A stretch of 64,000 nucleotides of DNA, from the sequence record PZ452596.1; one strand, given 5' to 3'. A program made the position numbers and the translations under genes. Positions 46,607 through 60,863 of the stretch are shown here, one piece after another. The notes beneath the pieces were generated by a model. The model ran no database searches. It was given only the letters and a program-made list of their open reading frames with translations, and was not told where the DNA came from. This DNA is from a phage. Every line of letters starts with the position of its first letter. The stretch's first letter is position 1.

Positions 46607-48589
46607 ATGGCAAATACCCCTGTAAATTATCAATTAACAAGAACAGCAAATGCTATTCCCGAGATATTCGTCGGGGGTACATTTGCTGAAATAAAACAAA
46701 ACCTCATTGAATGGCTTAATGGCCAAAATGAATTTTTGGATTATGATTTTGAAGGCTCAAGATTAAACGTTCTGTGTGACCTTTTGGCTTATAATACGCT
46801 GTACATTCAACAGTTTGGTAATGCTGCTGTGTATGAAAGCTTTATGCGTACTGCTAACTTACGAAGTTCAGTTGTTCAAGCTGCACAAGATAACGGATAT
46901 TTACCTACTTCAAAATCCGCTGCACAGACCGAAATTATGTTAACGTGTACAGACGCATTGAATAGAAATTACATTACTATTCCTCGTGGTACTCGCTTTT
47001 TAGCATATGCAAAAGATACTTCTGTTAATCCATATAACTTCGTTTCTACCGAAGACGTTATTGCTATTCGTGATAAAAATAACCAATATTTTCCACGTTT
47101 AAAACTTGCTCAAGGACGTATCGTAAGAACTGAAATCATTTATGATAAATTGACACCTATTATCATTTATGATAAAAATATTGATAGAAACCAGGTTAAA
47201 TTATACGTTGATGGAGCGGAATGGATTAACTGGACAAGAAAGTCAATGGTTCATGCTGGTTCTACATCAACAATTTACTACATGCGTGAAACTATTGATG
47301 GAAACACTGAATTCTATTTTGGCGAAGGTGAAATTTCTGTTAATGCGGCAGAAGGAGCTCTAACTGCTAACTATATTGGAGGTCTTAAACCTACCCAGAA
47401 CTCTACTATTGTTATTGAGTACATCAGTACTAACGGCGCAGATGCGAACGGCGCAGTCGGATTTTCATATGCAGATACATTGACAAATATAACTGTCATC
47501 AATATTAATGAAAATCCAAACGATGACCCAGATTTTGTTGGTGCTGATGGTGGTGGTGATCCAGAAGATATTGAACGTATTCGTGAATTGGGTACTATTA
47601 AGCGTGAAACTCAGCAGCGATGTGTAACTGCGACAGATTATGATACATTTGTCTCAGAAAGATTTGGTTCTATTATTCAAGCCGTTCAGACTTTCACTGA
47701 TTCTACTAAACCTGGTTATGCATTTATTGCTGCTAAACCTAAATCAGGATTGTATTTAACTACTGTGCAGCGTGAAGATATTAAAAATTATCTCAAAGAT
47801 TATAATTTAGCACCTATTACACCATCAATTATTTCTCCTAATTATCTTTTCATTAAGACTAATTTAAAAGTCACATATGCTTTAAATAAACTGCAAGAAT
47901 CCGAGCAGTGGCTTGAAGGTCAAATAATTGATAAAATTGACCGCTATTATACCGAAGATGTAGAAATTTTTAACTCATCTTTCGCTAAGTCTAAGATGTT
48001 AACTTATGTAGATGATGCAGATCATTCTATCATTGGTTCATCAGCGACTATTCAAATGGTTCGTGAAGTACAAAACTTCTATAAAACTCCTGAAGCTGGT
48101 ATTAAATACAATAATCAAATAAAAGACCGTTCTATGGAATCTAATACGTTTTCATTTAATTCTGGACGAAAGGTTGTAAATCCTGATACTGGTTTAGAAG
48201 AAGATGTATTATATGACGTTCGTATAGTATCAACAGACCGAGATTCTAAAGGAATTGGCAAAGTTATTATTGGTCCATTTGCTTCTGGCGATGTTACAGA
48301 AAATGAAAACATTCAACCATATACAGGCAATGATTTTAATAAATTGGCAAGTTCCGATGGACGTGACAAATACTATGTTATCGGTGAAATAAATTATCCA
48401 GCTGACATGATTTATTGGAATATCGCTAAAATTAATTTAACATCCGATAAATTTGAGGTTCAGACTATTGAGTTATATTCTGATCCAATAGACGATGTTA
48501 TTTTCACACGCGATGGTTCACTGATTGTATTTGAAAATGATTTACGTCCACAATACTTAACTATCGATTTGGAGCCTATATCACAATGA
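46607..48589 (+). CDS. 6: gp6 baseplate wedge protein
   Basis: 660 aa; size and order. Confidence 0.9.
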   Translation: MANTPVNYQLTRTANAIPEIFVGGTFAEIKQNLIEWLNGQNEFLDYDFEGSRLNVLCDLLAYNTLYIQQFGNAAVYESFMRTANLRSSVVQAAQDNGYLPTSKSAAQTEIMLTCTDALNRNYITIPRGTRFLAYAKDTSVNPYNFVSTEDVIAIRDKNNQYFPRLKLAQGRIVRTEIIYDKLTPIIIYDKNIDRNQVKLYVDGAEWINWTRKSMVHAGSTSTIYYMRETIDGNTEFYFGEGEISVNAAEGALTANYIGGLKPTQNSTIVIEYISTNGADANGAVGFSYADTLTNITVININENPNDDPDFVGADGGGDPEDIERIRELGTIKRETQQRCVTATDYDTFVSERFGSIIQAVQTFTDSTKPGYAFIAAKPKSGLYLTTVQREDIKNYLKDYNLAPITPSIISPNYLFIKTNLKVTYALNKLQESEQWLEGQIIDKIDRYYTEDVEIFNSSFAKSKMLTYVDDADHSIIGSSATIQMVREVQNFYKTPEAGIKYNNQIKDRSMESNTFSFNSGRKVVNPDTGLEEDVLYDVRIVSTDRDSKGIGKVIIGPFASGDVTENENIQPYTGNDFNKLASSDGRDKYYVIGEINYPADMIYWNIAKINLTSDKFEVQTIELYSDPIDDVIFTRDGSLIVFENDLRPQYLTIDLEPISQ

Positions 48590-51500
48590 CAGTAAAAGCA
48601 CCTTCAGTCACTAGTCTCAGAATTTCCAAGTTATCCGCAAATCAGGTGCAAGTACGCTGGGATGACGTTGGTGCTAATTTCTACTATTTTGTAGAAATCG
48701 CTGAGACAAAAACAAACTCGGGAGAAAATCTCCCGAGCAATCAATACAGATGGATTAACTTAGGATATACTGCAAATAACAGCTTCTTTTTTGATAATGC
48801 TAATCCATTAACATCGTACATTATTAGAGTAGCTACAGCTGCGCAGGATTTTGAGCAGTCTGATTGGATTTATACTGAAGAGTTTGAAACTTTTGCTACA
48901 AACGCTTATACATTTCAAAACATGATTGAAATGCAATTAGCTAATAAATTCATTCAGGAAAAATTTACTCTTAATAATTCTGACTATGTCAATTTTAACA
49001 ATGACACTATAATGGCTGCATTGATGAATGAATCGTTTCAATTCAGCCCATCATATGTTGATGTTTCATCAATAAGTAATTTTATTATTGGTGAAAATGA
49101 GTATCATGAAATACAAGGTTCTATTCAGCAAGTATGTAAGGATATTAACCGCGTTTATTTGATGGAATCAGAAGGGATTCTATATCTTTTTGAGCGCTAT
49201 CAACCCGTAGTTAAAGTATCTAATGATAAAGGACAAACCTGGAAAGCTGTAAAGCTCTTCAATGACCGCGTAGGATATCCTTTATCTAAGACTGTATATT
49301 ACCAATCTGCAAACACAACATACGTTCTAGGATACGACAAGATTTTCTATGGCCGCAAATCTACTGATGTTAGATGGTCAGCTGATGATGTCAGATTTAG
49401 TTCGCAGGATATAACATTTGCTAAACTTGGCGACCAATTACATCTAGGATTTGATGTAGAAATTTTTGCCACTTACGCGACTTTGCCAGCTAATGTATAC
49501 CGCATTGCAGAAGCTATTACTTGCACCGATGATTACATTTACGTTGTCGCCAGAGACAAAGTTAGATACATAAAAACGAGTAATGCACCTATAGATTCTG
49601 ATCCATTATCTCCAACATATTCGGAAAGACTTTTTGAACCTGATACAATGACTATAACTGGAAATCCTAAAGCAGTATGCTATAAAATGGATTCTATCGG
49701 TGATAAAGTTTTTGCTCTTATTATTGGTGAAGTTGAAACATTAAATGCCAATCCGAGAACTTCAAAAATAATTGATTCTGCCGATAAAGGAATATATGTT
49801 TTAAATCATGCCACGAAAACATGGAAAAGAGTTTTTGGCAACACTGAAGAAGAAAGAAGACGTATTCAACCTGGATATGCAAATATGTCAACTGACGGTA
49901 AATTAGTTTCTCTATCTTCGAGTAATTTTAAATTTTTAAGTGATAACATTGTTAATGACCCTGAAACTGCAGCGAAATATCAGTTAATTGGTGCTGTTAA
50001 ATATGAATTTCCTCGTGAATGGCTAGCTGATAAGCATTATCATATGATGGCATTTATAGCAGATGAAAAATCTGATTGGGAAACTTTTACGCCTCAGCCG
50101 ATGAAATACTATGCAGAACCATTCTTTAACTGGTCTAAAAAATCTAACACACGCTGTTGGATAAACAACTCTGACAGAGCTGTAGTAGTTTATGCTGATT
50201 TAAAATACACCAAAGTTATAGAAAATATTCCGGAAACATCACCAGATAGATTAGTTCATGAATACTGGGATGATGGTGATTGTACGATAGTAATGCCAAA
50301 TGTTAAATTCACGGGATTTAAAAAATACGCGTCTGGGATGCTTTTTTATAAGTCTTCTGGTGAAATAATTTCTTACTATGATTTTAACTATCGAGTGAGA
50401 GACACAGTTGAAATAATTTGGAAGCCAACTGGAATATTTTTAAAAGCATTTTTACAAAACCAAGAGCGTGAAACTCCTTGGTCCCCGGAAGAAGAGCATG
50501 GATTAGCTGATCCTGATTTAAGACCATTGATTGGCACAATGATGCCTGATTCTTATTTGCTACAGGATTCTAATTTTGAGGCATTCTGCGAAGCATATAT
50601 TCAGTATCTTTCCGATGGATATGGAACTCAGTATAATAATTTACGAAATTTAATTCGTAATCAATATCCGCGAGAAGAGCACGCGTGGGAATATTTGTGG
50701 TCAGAGATATATAAAAGAAACATTTATTTAAATGCTGATAAACGTGATGCTGTTGCAAGATTTTTTGAATCACGTAGCTATGATTTTTATTCTACTAAAG
50801 GAATTGAAGCATCATACAAATTTCTTTTTAAAGTTCTTTATAATGAAGAAGTTGAAATTGAAATTGAATCTGGGGCTGGTACTGAATATGATATAATCGT
50901 TCAATCTGATTCTTTGACCGAAGACTTAGTAGGACAAACGATTTATACAGCTACAGGAAGATGTAATGTTACTTATATAGAAAGAAGCTATTCTAATGGT
51001 AAATTGCAATGGACCGTAACTATTCATAATCTTTTGGGAAGATTAATTGCCGGTCAAGAAGTTAAAGCAGAAAGACTCCCTAGTTTCGAAGGCGAAATTA
51101 TTCGCGGGGTTAAAGGAAAGGATTTGCTTCAAAATAATATAGACTATATTAATAGAAGTAGATCATATTATGTAATGAAAATTAAATCCAATTTACCTTC
51201 TTCCCGCTGGAAATCTGACGTTATTCGTTTTGTTCATCCAGTAGGATTTGGATTTATAGCAATTACCCTTTTAACAATGTTTATTAATGTTGGTTTAACT
51301 CTTAAACATACAGAGACTATAATTAATAAATACAAAAACTATAAATGGGATTCTGGATTGCCTACTGAATATGCTGATAGAGTAGCCAAATTGACTCCAA
51401 CCGGTGAAATTGAGCATGATTCAGTAACAGGCGAAGCAATTTATGAACCTGGCCCAATGGCTGGTGTAGAATATCCTCTTCCTGATGACTATAATGCTGA

Positions 51501-51684
51501 AAATAATAATTCAATATTTCAAGGTCAATTGCCATCTGAACGACGTAAATTAATGAGTCCTCTATTTGATGCATCTGGAACAACATTTGCACAATTTAGG
51601 GATTTAGTTAATAAACGTCTAAAAGATAATATAGGAAATCCAAGAGACCCTGAAAATCCAACACAGGTTAAAATAGATGAATGA
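48586..51684 (+). CDS. 7: gp7 baseplate wedge protein
   Basis: 1032 aa; size and order. Confidence 0.9.
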   Translation: MTVKAPSVTSLRISKLSANQVQVRWDDVGANFYYFVEIAETKTNSGENLPSNQYRWINLGYTANNSFFFDNANPLTSYIIRVATAAQDFEQSDWIYTEEFETFATNAYTFQNMIEMQLANKFIQEKFTLNNSDYVNFNNDTIMAALMNESFQFSPSYVDVSSISNFIIGENEYHEIQGSIQQVCKDINRVYLMESEGILYLFERYQPVVKVSNDKGQTWKAVKLFNDRVGYPLSKTVYYQSANTTYVLGYDKIFYGRKSTDVRWSADDVRFSSQDITFAKLGDQLHLGFDVEIFATYATLPANVYRIAEAITCTDDYIYVVARDKVRYIKTSNAPIDSDPLSPTYSERLFEPDTMTITGNPKAVCYKMDSIGDKVFALIIGEVETLNANPRTSKIIDSADKGIYVLNHATKTWKRVFGNTEEERRRIQPGYANMSTDGKLVSLSSSNFKFLSDNIVNDPETAAKYQLIGAVKYEFPREWLADKHYHMMAFIADEKSDWETFTPQPMKYYAEPFFNWSKKSNTRCWINNSDRAVVVYADLKYTKVIENIPETSPDRLVHEYWDDGDCTIVMPNVKFTGFKKYASGMLFYKSSGEIISYYDFNYRVRDTVEIIWKPTGIFLKAFLQNQERETPWSPEEEHGLADPDLRPLIGTMMPDSYLLQDSNFEAFCEAYIQYLSDGYGTQYNNLRNLIRNQYPREEHAWEYLWSEIYKRNIYLNADKRDAVARFFESRSYDFYSTKGIEASYKFLFKVLYNEEVEIEIESGAGTEYDIIVQSDSLTEDLVGQTIYTATGRCNVTYIERSYSNGKLQWTVTIHNLLGRLIAGQEVKAERLPSFEGEIIRGVKGKDLLQNNIDYINRSRSYYVMKIKSNLPSSRWKSDVIRFVHPVGFGFIAITLLTMFINVGLTLKHTETIINKYKNYKWDSGLPTEYADRVAKLTPTGEIEHDSVTGEAIYEPGPMAGVEYPLPDDYNAENNNSIFQGQLPSERRKLMSPLFDASGTTFAQFRDLVNKRLKDNIGNPRDPENPTQVKIDE

Positions 51685-52681
51685 TTCAAGTGTTATCTAT
51701 CGTGCGATAGTTACTTCAAAATTTAGAACAGAAAAAATGTTGAATTTTTATAATTCAATTGGAAGTGGTCCGGATAAAAACACTATCTTTATTACATTTG
51801 GAAGATCAGAACCGTGGTCATCAAACGAAAATGAGGTGGGATTTGCCCCACCTTATCCCACCGATTCTGTGTTAGGTGTAACTGACATGTGGACTCATAT
51901 GATGGGAACAGTGAAGGTTCTTCCATCTATGCTTGATGCAGTTATTCCTCGTCGAGATTGGGGAGATACTAGATATCCGGATCCATACACATTTAGAATT
52001 AACGATATTGTAGTGTGTAACTCAGCTCCTTACAACGCTACCGAATCAGGCGCAGGCTGGTTAGTATATCGTTGTTTAGATGTTCCTGATACTGGAATGT
52101 GCTCAATTGAGTCTTTAACTAATAAGGATGAATGCCTTAAGCTAGGTGGAAAATGGACTCCTTCTGTTAGGTCAATGACTCCTCCTGAAGGTCGAGGAGA
52201 CGCGGAAGGAACAATCGAATCTGGAGACGGGTATGTATGGGAATATCTATTTGAGATTCCGCCTGATGTATCTATAAATAGATGTACGAATGAATATATC
52301 GTAGTTCCTTGGCCTGAGGAATTAAAAGAAGACCCGACTAGATGGGGGTATGAAGATAATCTCACTTGGCAGCAAGATGATTTTGGATTAATTTACCGGG
52401 TTAAGGCAAATACTATTCGTTTTAAAGCATACTTAGATTCAGTTTATTTTCCTGAAGCTGCATTGCCAGGAAATAAAGGATTTAGACAAATATCGATAAT
52501 CACGAATCCTCTTGAAGCTAAAGTTCATCCAAATGACCCAAACGTTAAAGCTGAAAAGGATTACTATGATCCGGAAGATTTAATGAGGCATTCGGGCGAA
52601 ATGATTTATATGGAAAATAGGCCACCTATTATTATGGCAATGGATCAAACAGAAGAAATCAATATTCTGTTTACATTTTAA
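51677..52681 (+). CDS. 8: gp8 baseplate wedge protein
   Basis: 334 aa; size and order. Confidence 0.9.
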   Translation: MNDSSVIYRAIVTSKFRTEKMLNFYNSIGSGPDKNTIFITFGRSEPWSSNENEVGFAPPYPTDSVLGVTDMWTHMMGTVKVLPSMLDAVIPRRDWGDTRYPDPYTFRINDIVVCNSAPYNATESGAGWLVYRCLDVPDTGMCSIESLTNKDECLKLGGKWTPSVRSMTPPEGRGDAEGTIESGDGYVWEYLFEIPPDVSINRCTNEYIVVPWPEELKEDPTRWGYEDNLTWQQDDFGLIYRVKANTIRFKAYLDSVYFPEAALPGNKGFRQISIITNPLEAKVHPNDPNVKAEKDYYDPEDLMRHSGEMIYMENRPPIIMAMDQTEEINILFTF

Positions 52682-52686
52682 ATTAA

Positions 52687-52704
52687 GGGAGCCCATGGGC
52701 TCCC
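52687..52704 (+). terminator. hairpin GGGAGCCCATGGGCTCCC followed by T5
   Basis: 7-bp perfect stem plus TTTTT directly after the gene 8 stop. Confidence 0.55.
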
Positions 52705-52712
52705 TTTTTCTT

Positions 52713-52720
52713 TATAAATA
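52713..52720 (+). promoter_or_regulatory. late promoter TATAAATA upstream of gene 9
   Basis: Exact TATAAATA 25 nt upstream of the gene 9 ATG. Confidence 0.55.
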
Positions 52721-52744
52721 CTATAAACTCATAAGGAAACCGCT

Positions 52745-53611
52745 ATGTTCATTCAAGAACCAAAGAAATTGATTGATACCGGCGAAATTGGTAACGCTTC
52801 TACTGGTGATATCTTATTCGACGGTGGTAATAAAATTAATAGTGATTTTAACGCAATTTATAATGCGTTTGGCGATCAGCGTAAAATGGCAGTAGCAAAT
52901 GGTACTGGTGCTGACGGCCAAATTATCCATGCTACTGGATATTATCAAAAGCATTCTATCACAGAGTACGCAACTCCGGTGAAAGTTGGTACTAGGCATG
53001 ATATTGATACCTCTACTGTTGGTGTTAAAGTTATCATTGAAAGAGGAGAACTCGGTGACTGTGTTGAATTCATTAATTCTAATGGATCGATATCAGTTAC
53101 TAATCCTTTAACAATTCAAGCTATTGATTCAATTAAAGGTGTTTCGGGTAATTTGGTAGTAACTAGCCCATATAGTAAAGTAACTTTGCGCTGTATTTCA
53201 TCTGATAATTCTACGTCAGTTTGGAATTATTCTATTGAAAGTATGTTTGGCCAAAAGGAATCACCGGCCGAAGGTACATGGAATATTTCTACATCTGGAT
53301 CAGTTGACATTCCATTATTTCATCGTACTGAATACAATATGGCTAAATTGCTAGTTACTTGTCAATCGGTAGATGGAAGAAAAATTAAAACGGCAGAAAT
53401 AAATATTCTTGTAGATACTGTTAATTCAACGGTCATTTCTTCTGAATATGCTGTCATGCGGGTTGGGAATGAAACTGAAGAAGACGAAATCGCTAATATT
53501 GCATTTAGTATTAAAGAAAATTATGTAACGGCGACTATAAGTTCTTCAACTGTCGGTATGAGAGCAGCAGTTAAAGTTATCGCTACGCAGAAAATCGGGG
53601 TGGCTCAATAA
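52745..53611 (+). CDS. 9: gp9 baseplate protein (long tail fibre socket)
   Basis: 288 aa; MFIQEPKKLIDTGEIGNASTGDILFDGGNKINSDFNAIY matches T4 gp9 as recalled. Confidence 0.95.
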   Translation: MFIQEPKKLIDTGEIGNASTGDILFDGGNKINSDFNAIYNAFGDQRKMAVANGTGADGQIIHATGYYQKHSITEYATPVKVGTRHDIDTSTVGVKVIIERGELGDCVEFINSNGSISVTNPLTIQAIDSIKGVSGNLVVTSPYSKVTLRCISSDNSTSVWNYSIESMFGQKESPAEGTWNISTSGSVDIPLFHRTEYNMAKLLVTCQSVDGRKIKTAEINILVDTVNSTVISSEYAVMRVGNETEEDEIANIAFSIKENYVTATISSSTVGMRAAVKVIATQKIGVAQ

Positions 53612-55416
53612 TGAAACAAAATATTAATATCGGTAATGTTGTTGATGATGGTACCGGTGACTACCTGCGTAAAGGTGGTATAAAAATAAATGAAAACTTT
53701 GATGAACTTTATTATGAACTTGGTGATGGAGATGTTCCATATTCAGCCGGTGCCTGGAAAACTTATAATGCTTCATCTGGACAAACACTAACGGCAGAAT
53801 GGGGAAAATCATATGCCATTAATACTTCGTCTGGAAGAGTAACTCTACAACTTCCTAAAGGAACTGTTAATGATTACAACAAGGTAATTAGAGCTAGAGA
53901 CGTATTCGCTACATGGAACATCAATCCAGTTACTTTAGTAGCTGCTTCTGGAGATACAATTAAAGGGTCGTCATCGTCAGTTGAAATTAATATTCAATTT
54001 AGTGATTTAGAACTCGTTTATTGCGCTCCAGGACGCTGGGAGTATGTCAAAAATAAGCAAATTGATAAAATTATCAGTTCAGACATTAGTAATGTAGCTC
54101 GTAAAGAATTTTTAGTCGAAGTTCAAGGGCAAACAGACTTTTTAGATGTTTTTAATGGAACTAGTTATAATGTCAATAACATCAGAGTAAAACATCGTGG
54201 TAACGAATTGTATTACGGCGATGTATTTAGCGAAAACAGTGACTTTGGCTCTCCTGGAGAAAATGAAGGCGAATTAGTTCCTCTTGATGGATTTAACATT
54301 CGATTAAGACAGCCTTGTAATATTGGTGACACTGTTCAAATTGAAACATTTATGGATGGTGTATCACAATGGAGAAGTTCATATACAAGACGCCAAATAA
54401 AAGTACTGGATTCAAAACTAACATCAAAGACTTCTTTAGAAGGAAGCATTTATGTTACTGATTTATCAGCGATGAAATCAATTCCATTTTCTGCATTTGG
54501 ATTAATTCCTGGTGAACCCATTAATCCTAACTCTCTTGAGGTTCGTTTTAATGGAATTTTACAGCAGCAGGCTGGAACAGCTGGATATCCTCTGTTTTTG
54601 TGTGAAGGCGCTAATTCAGATACGCAAGAAGGATGTATATCTCTTGGTGGCGAATGGAAAGAATCAAACACCGATTATTCTATAGAATATGAAGACGGAA
54701 AACCTATCAGTCTTTTATTTGATAGAAAATTTGAATCCGGTGACATTATCGTTATAACATGGTTCAATAATGATTTAGGAACTCTTTTAGAAAAAGATGA
54801 CATCATTGAATTGACTGATGACCGTTATGTTAGTAAAGGATCATCTACTGAAGTTACTGGTGATGTGGCCTTAACAGATTTTGATAAAATCGGTTGGCCA
54901 AATGTTGAAAAAGTTGATTCTTATACTAGAACGTATAATTCAATATCATCTATTTTCGACAGCATTTATCCTGTTGGTTCAATTTATGAAAATGCTATAA
55001 ACCCAAATAATCCGGTGACTTATATGGGATTTGGTTCATGGAAATTATTTGGTAAAGGGCAGGTTTTAGTAGGATGGAATGATGATGTTACAGATCCAAA
55101 CTTTGCATTAAACAATAATGATTTAGATTCTAGCGGAAATCCTTCACATACCGCCGGTGGAACAGTTGGTACAACATCAGTAACGCTTGAAAACGCAAAT
55201 CTTCCTGCGACTAAAACTGATGAAAGAGTTTTAATTGAAGACGAAAATGGATCAGTTATTATTGGAGGATGTCAATATGACCCAGACGAAACTGGTCCTA
55301 TATATACAAAATATCGTGAAGACTACGCAACAACAAACTCTTCACATACTCCTCCTACTAATATTAGTAATATTCAACCGTCTATTACTGTATACCGTTG
55401 GATAAGGATTGCATAA
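53611..55416 (+). CDS. 10: gp10 baseplate wedge protein
   Basis: 601 aa; size and order. Confidence 0.9.
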   Translation: MKQNINIGNVVDDGTGDYLRKGGIKINENFDELYYELGDGDVPYSAGAWKTYNASSGQTLTAEWGKSYAINTSSGRVTLQLPKGTVNDYNKVIRARDVFATWNINPVTLVAASGDTIKGSSSSVEINIQFSDLELVYCAPGRWEYVKNKQIDKIISSDISNVARKEFLVEVQGQTDFLDVFNGTSYNVNNIRVKHRGNELYYGDVFSENSDFGSPGENEGELVPLDGFNIRLRQPCNIGDTVQIETFMDGVSQWRSSYTRRQIKVLDSKLTSKTSLEGSIYVTDLSAMKSIPFSAFGLIPGEPINPNSLEVRFNGILQQQAGTAGYPLFLCEGANSDTQEGCISLGGEWKESNTDYSIEYEDGKPISLLFDRKFESGDIIVITWFNNDLGTLLEKDDIIELTDDRYVSKGSSTEVTGDVALTDFDKIGWPNVEKVDSYTRTYNSISSIFDSIYPVGSIYENAINPNNPVTYMGFGSWKLFGKGQVLVGWNDDVTDPNFALNNNDLDSSGNPSHTAGGTVGTTSVTLENANLPATKTDERVLIEDENGSVIIGGCQYDPDETGPIYTKYREDYATTNSSHTPPTNISNIQPSITVYRWIRIA

Positions 55417-56075
55417 TGAGTTTACTTAATAATAAAGCGGGAGTTATTTCCCGCTTAGCAGATTTTCTTGGTTTTAGAACTAAGAAAAATGATATTTCGG
55501 TTATGAATAATCAGCCGGTAGGCGCTGTAACAATTTCACAAATAGCAAAAGGTTTTTATGACCCAAATGTAGAATCTGCTATCAATGATGTTAGAAATAT
55601 GGCAGAGCAACAGGTTGGAGCTGTATTAATTAATATAAGTGGCGTATCTCCTACCGGAGTGCAACAAACAGACTATTGGTCATTTGAAGGAACTGTTACT
55701 GATACTTCAGCCAAACCAGGTGACCCAGTTATTGTTAACATGTTTGGTATTCCGGTTAAAGCTACTAACGGAATGACTTCAATTGAATTTACCAGTGCCG
55801 TTAGAATAGCTCTACAGGAAATGGTTGCAAAATTTATTGCAATTGATTCATTTGAAGACCATCCTACCATAGGAAATAAAATACAAGTTAAGTATTTAGA
55901 TAACCAAGAACATATCTTAGAGCAATACTCTGATAAAGGAATTACTTTCAAACAAGAAATAATTTCTCCTTCTAAACCCGGATACGGAACTTGGCAATTA
56001 TTAGGTGCGCAAACTGTTACGCTAGATAGTCACACACAACCTACGGTATTTTATTATTTTGAGAGAATAGCATGA
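55416..56075 (+). CDS. 11: gp11 baseplate wedge / short tail fibre attachment
   Basis: 219 aa from ATG 55416 ([20 protein letters not shown]...), TAATG overlap with gene 10; track ORF starts at upstream TTG. Confidence 0.95.
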   Translation: MSLLNNKAGVISRLADFLGFRTKKNDISVMNNQPVGAVTISQIAKGFYDPNVESAINDVRNMAEQQVGAVLINISGVSPTGVQQTDYWSFEGTVTDTSAKPGDPVIVNMFGIPVKATNGMTSIEFTSAVRIALQEMVAKFIAIDSFEDHPTIGNKIQVKYLDNQEHILEQYSDKGITFKQEIISPSKPGYGTWQLLGAQTVTLDSHTQPTVFYYFERIA

Positions 56076-57622
56076 GTAACAATACATATCAGCACGTATC
56101 AAATGAATCAAAATATGTTAAATTCGATCCTACTGGATCGAATTTTCCTGACACTGTCACGACAGTGCAGTCTGCATTATCAAAAATAAGTAATATCGGC
56201 GTAAATGGTATTCCTGATGCAACTATGGAAGTTAAAGGAATAGCAATGATTGCGTCAGAGCAAGAGGTTTTAGATGGAACTAATAATTCTAAAATCGTTA
56301 CACCAGCTACATTAGCAACAAGATTATTGTATCCAAATGCTACTGAAACTAAGTATGGTTTAACGCGCTATTCAACAAATGAAGAAACATTAGAAGGCTC
56401 AGATAATAATTCATCAATAACGCCGCAAAAACTGAAATACCATACTGACGATGTGTTCCAAAATAGATATTCGTCTGAGTCATCAAACGGGGTTATTAAA
56501 ATATCATCTACACCTGCAGCTTTAGCTGGAGTTGATGATACTACGGCAATGACTCCACTGAAAACACAAAAACTTGCAATAAAATTAATTTCACAAATAG
56601 CTCCTTCCGAAGATACTGCATCAGAATCTGTGAGAGGTGTAGTTCAATTATCTACTGTTGCGCAAACACGTCAAGGAACTCTCCGCGAAGGATATGCAAT
56701 TTCTCCGTATACATTTATGAATTCTGTTGCAACACAAGAATATAAGGGCGTTATACGTTTAGGAACACAATCGGAAATTAACAGTAATTTAGGAGATGTT
56801 GCAGTAACAGGTGAAACACTAAATGGTCGAGGAGCTACCGGTTCTATGCGTGGGGTAGTAAAATTAACGACGCAAGCCGGTATTGCCCCTGAAGGTGATA
56901 GCTCTGGAGCATTAGCATGGAACGCAGATGTAATTAATACTCGTGGTGGACAAACTATTAATGGTTCTTTAAATTTAGACCATCTTACAGCAAACGGAAT
57001 TTGGTCGCGCGGCGGAATGTGGAAAAATGGCGATCAACCTGTTGCCACTGAAAGATATGCGTCCGAAAGAGTTCCAGTTGGAACTATTATGATGTTTGCG
57101 GGTGATTCAGCACCTCCGGGTTGGATTATGTGCCACGGTGGAACAGTGTCAGGAGATCAATATCCTGATTATAGAAACACAGTTGGAACAAGATTTGGTG
57201 GTGATTGGAATAACCCTGGCATTCCTGATATGAGAGGTCTTTTTGTTAGAGGAGCTGGCACGGGCGGTCATATTTTAAATCAACGTGGACAAGATGGTTA
57301 TGGGAAGGATAGACTTGGTGTAGGATGTGACGGAATGCATGTTGGTGGCGTTCAAGCACAACAAATGTCATACCATAAACACGCTGGTGGTTGGGGGGAA
57401 TATAACAGAAGTGAAGGTCCATTTGGCGCGTCCGTTTATCAAGGATATCTTGGAACTAGAAAATATTCCGACTGGGATAATGCTTCATACTTCACTAATG
57501 ATGGATTTGAATTGGGTGGACCGAGAGATGCCCTTGGTACACTTAATCGTGAAGGATTAATTGGTTATGAAACTAGACCATGGAATATATCATTAAACTA
57601 TATTATTAAAATTCATTACTAA
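56072..57622 (+). CDS. 12: gp12 short tail fibre
   Basis: 516 aa; ATGA overlap with gene 11; position and composition. Confidence 0.9.
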   Translation: MSNNTYQHVSNESKYVKFDPTGSNFPDTVTTVQSALSKISNIGVNGIPDATMEVKGIAMIASEQEVLDGTNNSKIVTPATLATRLLYPNATETKYGLTRYSTNEETLEGSDNNSSITPQKLKYHTDDVFQNRYSSESSNGVIKISSTPAALAGVDDTTAMTPLKTQKLAIKLISQIAPSEDTASESVRGVVQLSTVAQTRQGTLREGYAISPYTFMNSVATQEYKGVIRLGTQSEINSNLGDVAVTGETLNGRGATGSMRGVVKLTTQAGIAPEGDSSGALAWNADVINTRGGQTINGSLNLDHLTANGIWSRGGMWKNGDQPVATERYASERVPVGTIMMFAGDSAPPGWIMCHGGTVSGDQYPDYRNTVGTRFGGDWNNPGIPDMRGLFVRGAGTGGHILNQRGQDGYGKDRLGVGCDGMHVGGVQAQQMSYHKHAGGWGEYNRSEGPFGASVYQGYLGTRKYSDWDNASYFTNDGFELGGPRDALGTLNREGLIGYETRPWNISLNYIIKIHY

Positions 57623-57631
57623 GGATTACAA

Positions 57632-59089
57632 ATGATTGAATTAAAAGAGTTACCTTTTGTTGATAGCGTTCCTGGCGAAGGTCAGGAGCGTATTTCATGG
57701 ATTAAAAATGGTGAAGAAATATTAGGAGCTAGTACTAAGTATGGAAACGATGGATCAATGAATAGACCAACTGTTTCCGTGTTTAAAAATGTTGAGGTTC
57801 TTGACGAAAATATAGGAATTCTTAAAACAGCATTAGAAACATCCCAGGAAGATATTAAAACCATTCAGGGTATCTTAGATGTATCTGGTGATATAGAAGC
57901 TTTATCGCAAATAAGTATCAATAAAAAGGATATCACTGATCTTAAAACGCTTACGAGTGAACATACCGAAATATTAAATGGAACTAATAATACTGTCGAT
58001 AGCATTCTTGCTGACATTGGTCCATTTAATTCGCAAGCAAATTCAGTTTATAGAACGATTAGAAATGATTTGTTATGGATTAAAAGGGAATTAGGACAAT
58101 ATGCTGGGCAAGACATTAACGGTCTTCCTGTTGTAGGAAATAGCAGCACGGGTATGAAGCACCGTATCATTAATAATACAGATGCTATAACTTCCCAAGG
58201 AATACGTCTAAGTGATTTGGAAGAAAAATTTATTGAATCTGATGTAGGTTCACTGACAATTGAAGTCGGAAATCTTAGACAAGAACTTGGACAAAGACCA
58301 TCTTCATTTAGTGAAAGCATATATTCACGTGTGCATAATTTAGATCAATCACAGATTAATCTTAGTTCCGAAATTAAATCTATCAAAACTTCTATTGGAT
58401 ATCCAGGAAATACTTCAATAATCACAGATGTTAACACTAATACACGAGAAATTTCAGCTTTAAATGATGAACTAAATAAAAGCGGAGGTATTAAACAACG
58501 ATTGACTGTCATTGAAACATCAATTGGCTCAGATGATATTCCTTCTAGTATTAAAGGTCAAATTAAAGATAATACCACATCAATTGAGTTTTTAAATGGA
58601 ATTGTTGGTGAAAACACTTCATCTGGACTACGAGCAAATGTTTCATGGCTAAACCAAATCGTTGGAACTGATTCTAGTGGAGGTCAGCCTTCTCCTCCTG
58701 GGTCTCTTTTAAATAGGGTTTCAACTATTGAAACTTCCGTTAATAGATTGAACAATGATGTTCAAAACTTACAAGTTGAAATTGGTAATAACAATTCCGG
58801 AATTAAAGGACAAGTTGTAGCATTAAATAAATTAGTAAATGGAACAAATCCAAATGGTTCAACTGTCGAAGAACACGGATTGACTAATTCAATAAAAGCT
58901 AATGAGACTAACATTGCTTCAATTAATCAAGAAATGCGTAGTATTAAAAGTAATGTATCTTCATTACAGGGGGATGTTCAGACTTTGCAGGAAGCAGGTT
59001 ATATTCCTGAAGCTCCAAAAGATGGTCAAGCTTACGTTCGTAAAGACGGCGAATGGGTATTACTTTCTACCTTTTTATCACCAGCATAA
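57632..59089 (+). CDS. wac: fibritin (whisker antigen control)
   Basis: 485 aa with long coiled-coil heptad segments; C-terminus [27 protein letters not shown] is the foldon. Confidence 0.92.
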   Translation: MIELKELPFVDSVPGEGQERISWIKNGEEILGASTKYGNDGSMNRPTVSVFKNVEVLDENIGILKTALETSQEDIKTIQGILDVSGDIEALSQISINKKDITDLKTLTSEHTEILNGTNNTVDSILADIGPFNSQANSVYRTIRNDLLWIKRELGQYAGQDINGLPVVGNSSTGMKHRIINNTDAITSQGIRLSDLEEKFIESDVGSLTIEVGNLRQELGQRPSSFSESIYSRVHNLDQSQINLSSEIKSIKTSIGYPGNTSIITDVNTNTREISALNDELNKSGGIKQRLTVIETSIGSDDIPSSIKGQIKDNTTSIEFLNGIVGENTSSGLRANVSWLNQIVGTDSSGGQPSPPGSLLNRVSTIETSVNRLNNDVQNLQVEIGNNNSGIKGQVVALNKLVNGTNPNGSTVEEHGLTNSIKANETNIASINQEMRSIKSNVSSLQGDVQTLQEAGYIPEAPKDGQAYVRKDGEWVLLSTFLSPA

Positions 59090-59092
59090 CAT

Positions 59093-59108
59093 GGGGCCGC
59101 AAGGCCCC
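59093..59108 (+). terminator. hairpin GGGGCCGCAAGGCCCC after wac
   Basis: 6-bp GC stem with 4-nt loop directly after the wac stop. Confidence 0.5.
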
Positions 59109-59120
59109 AAAGGATTTTAA

Positions 59121-60822
<1,702 letters not shown>

Positions 60823-60863
60823 TAAATATTATAAACTAATTAAAGCCCAGATTAGGAGAAATC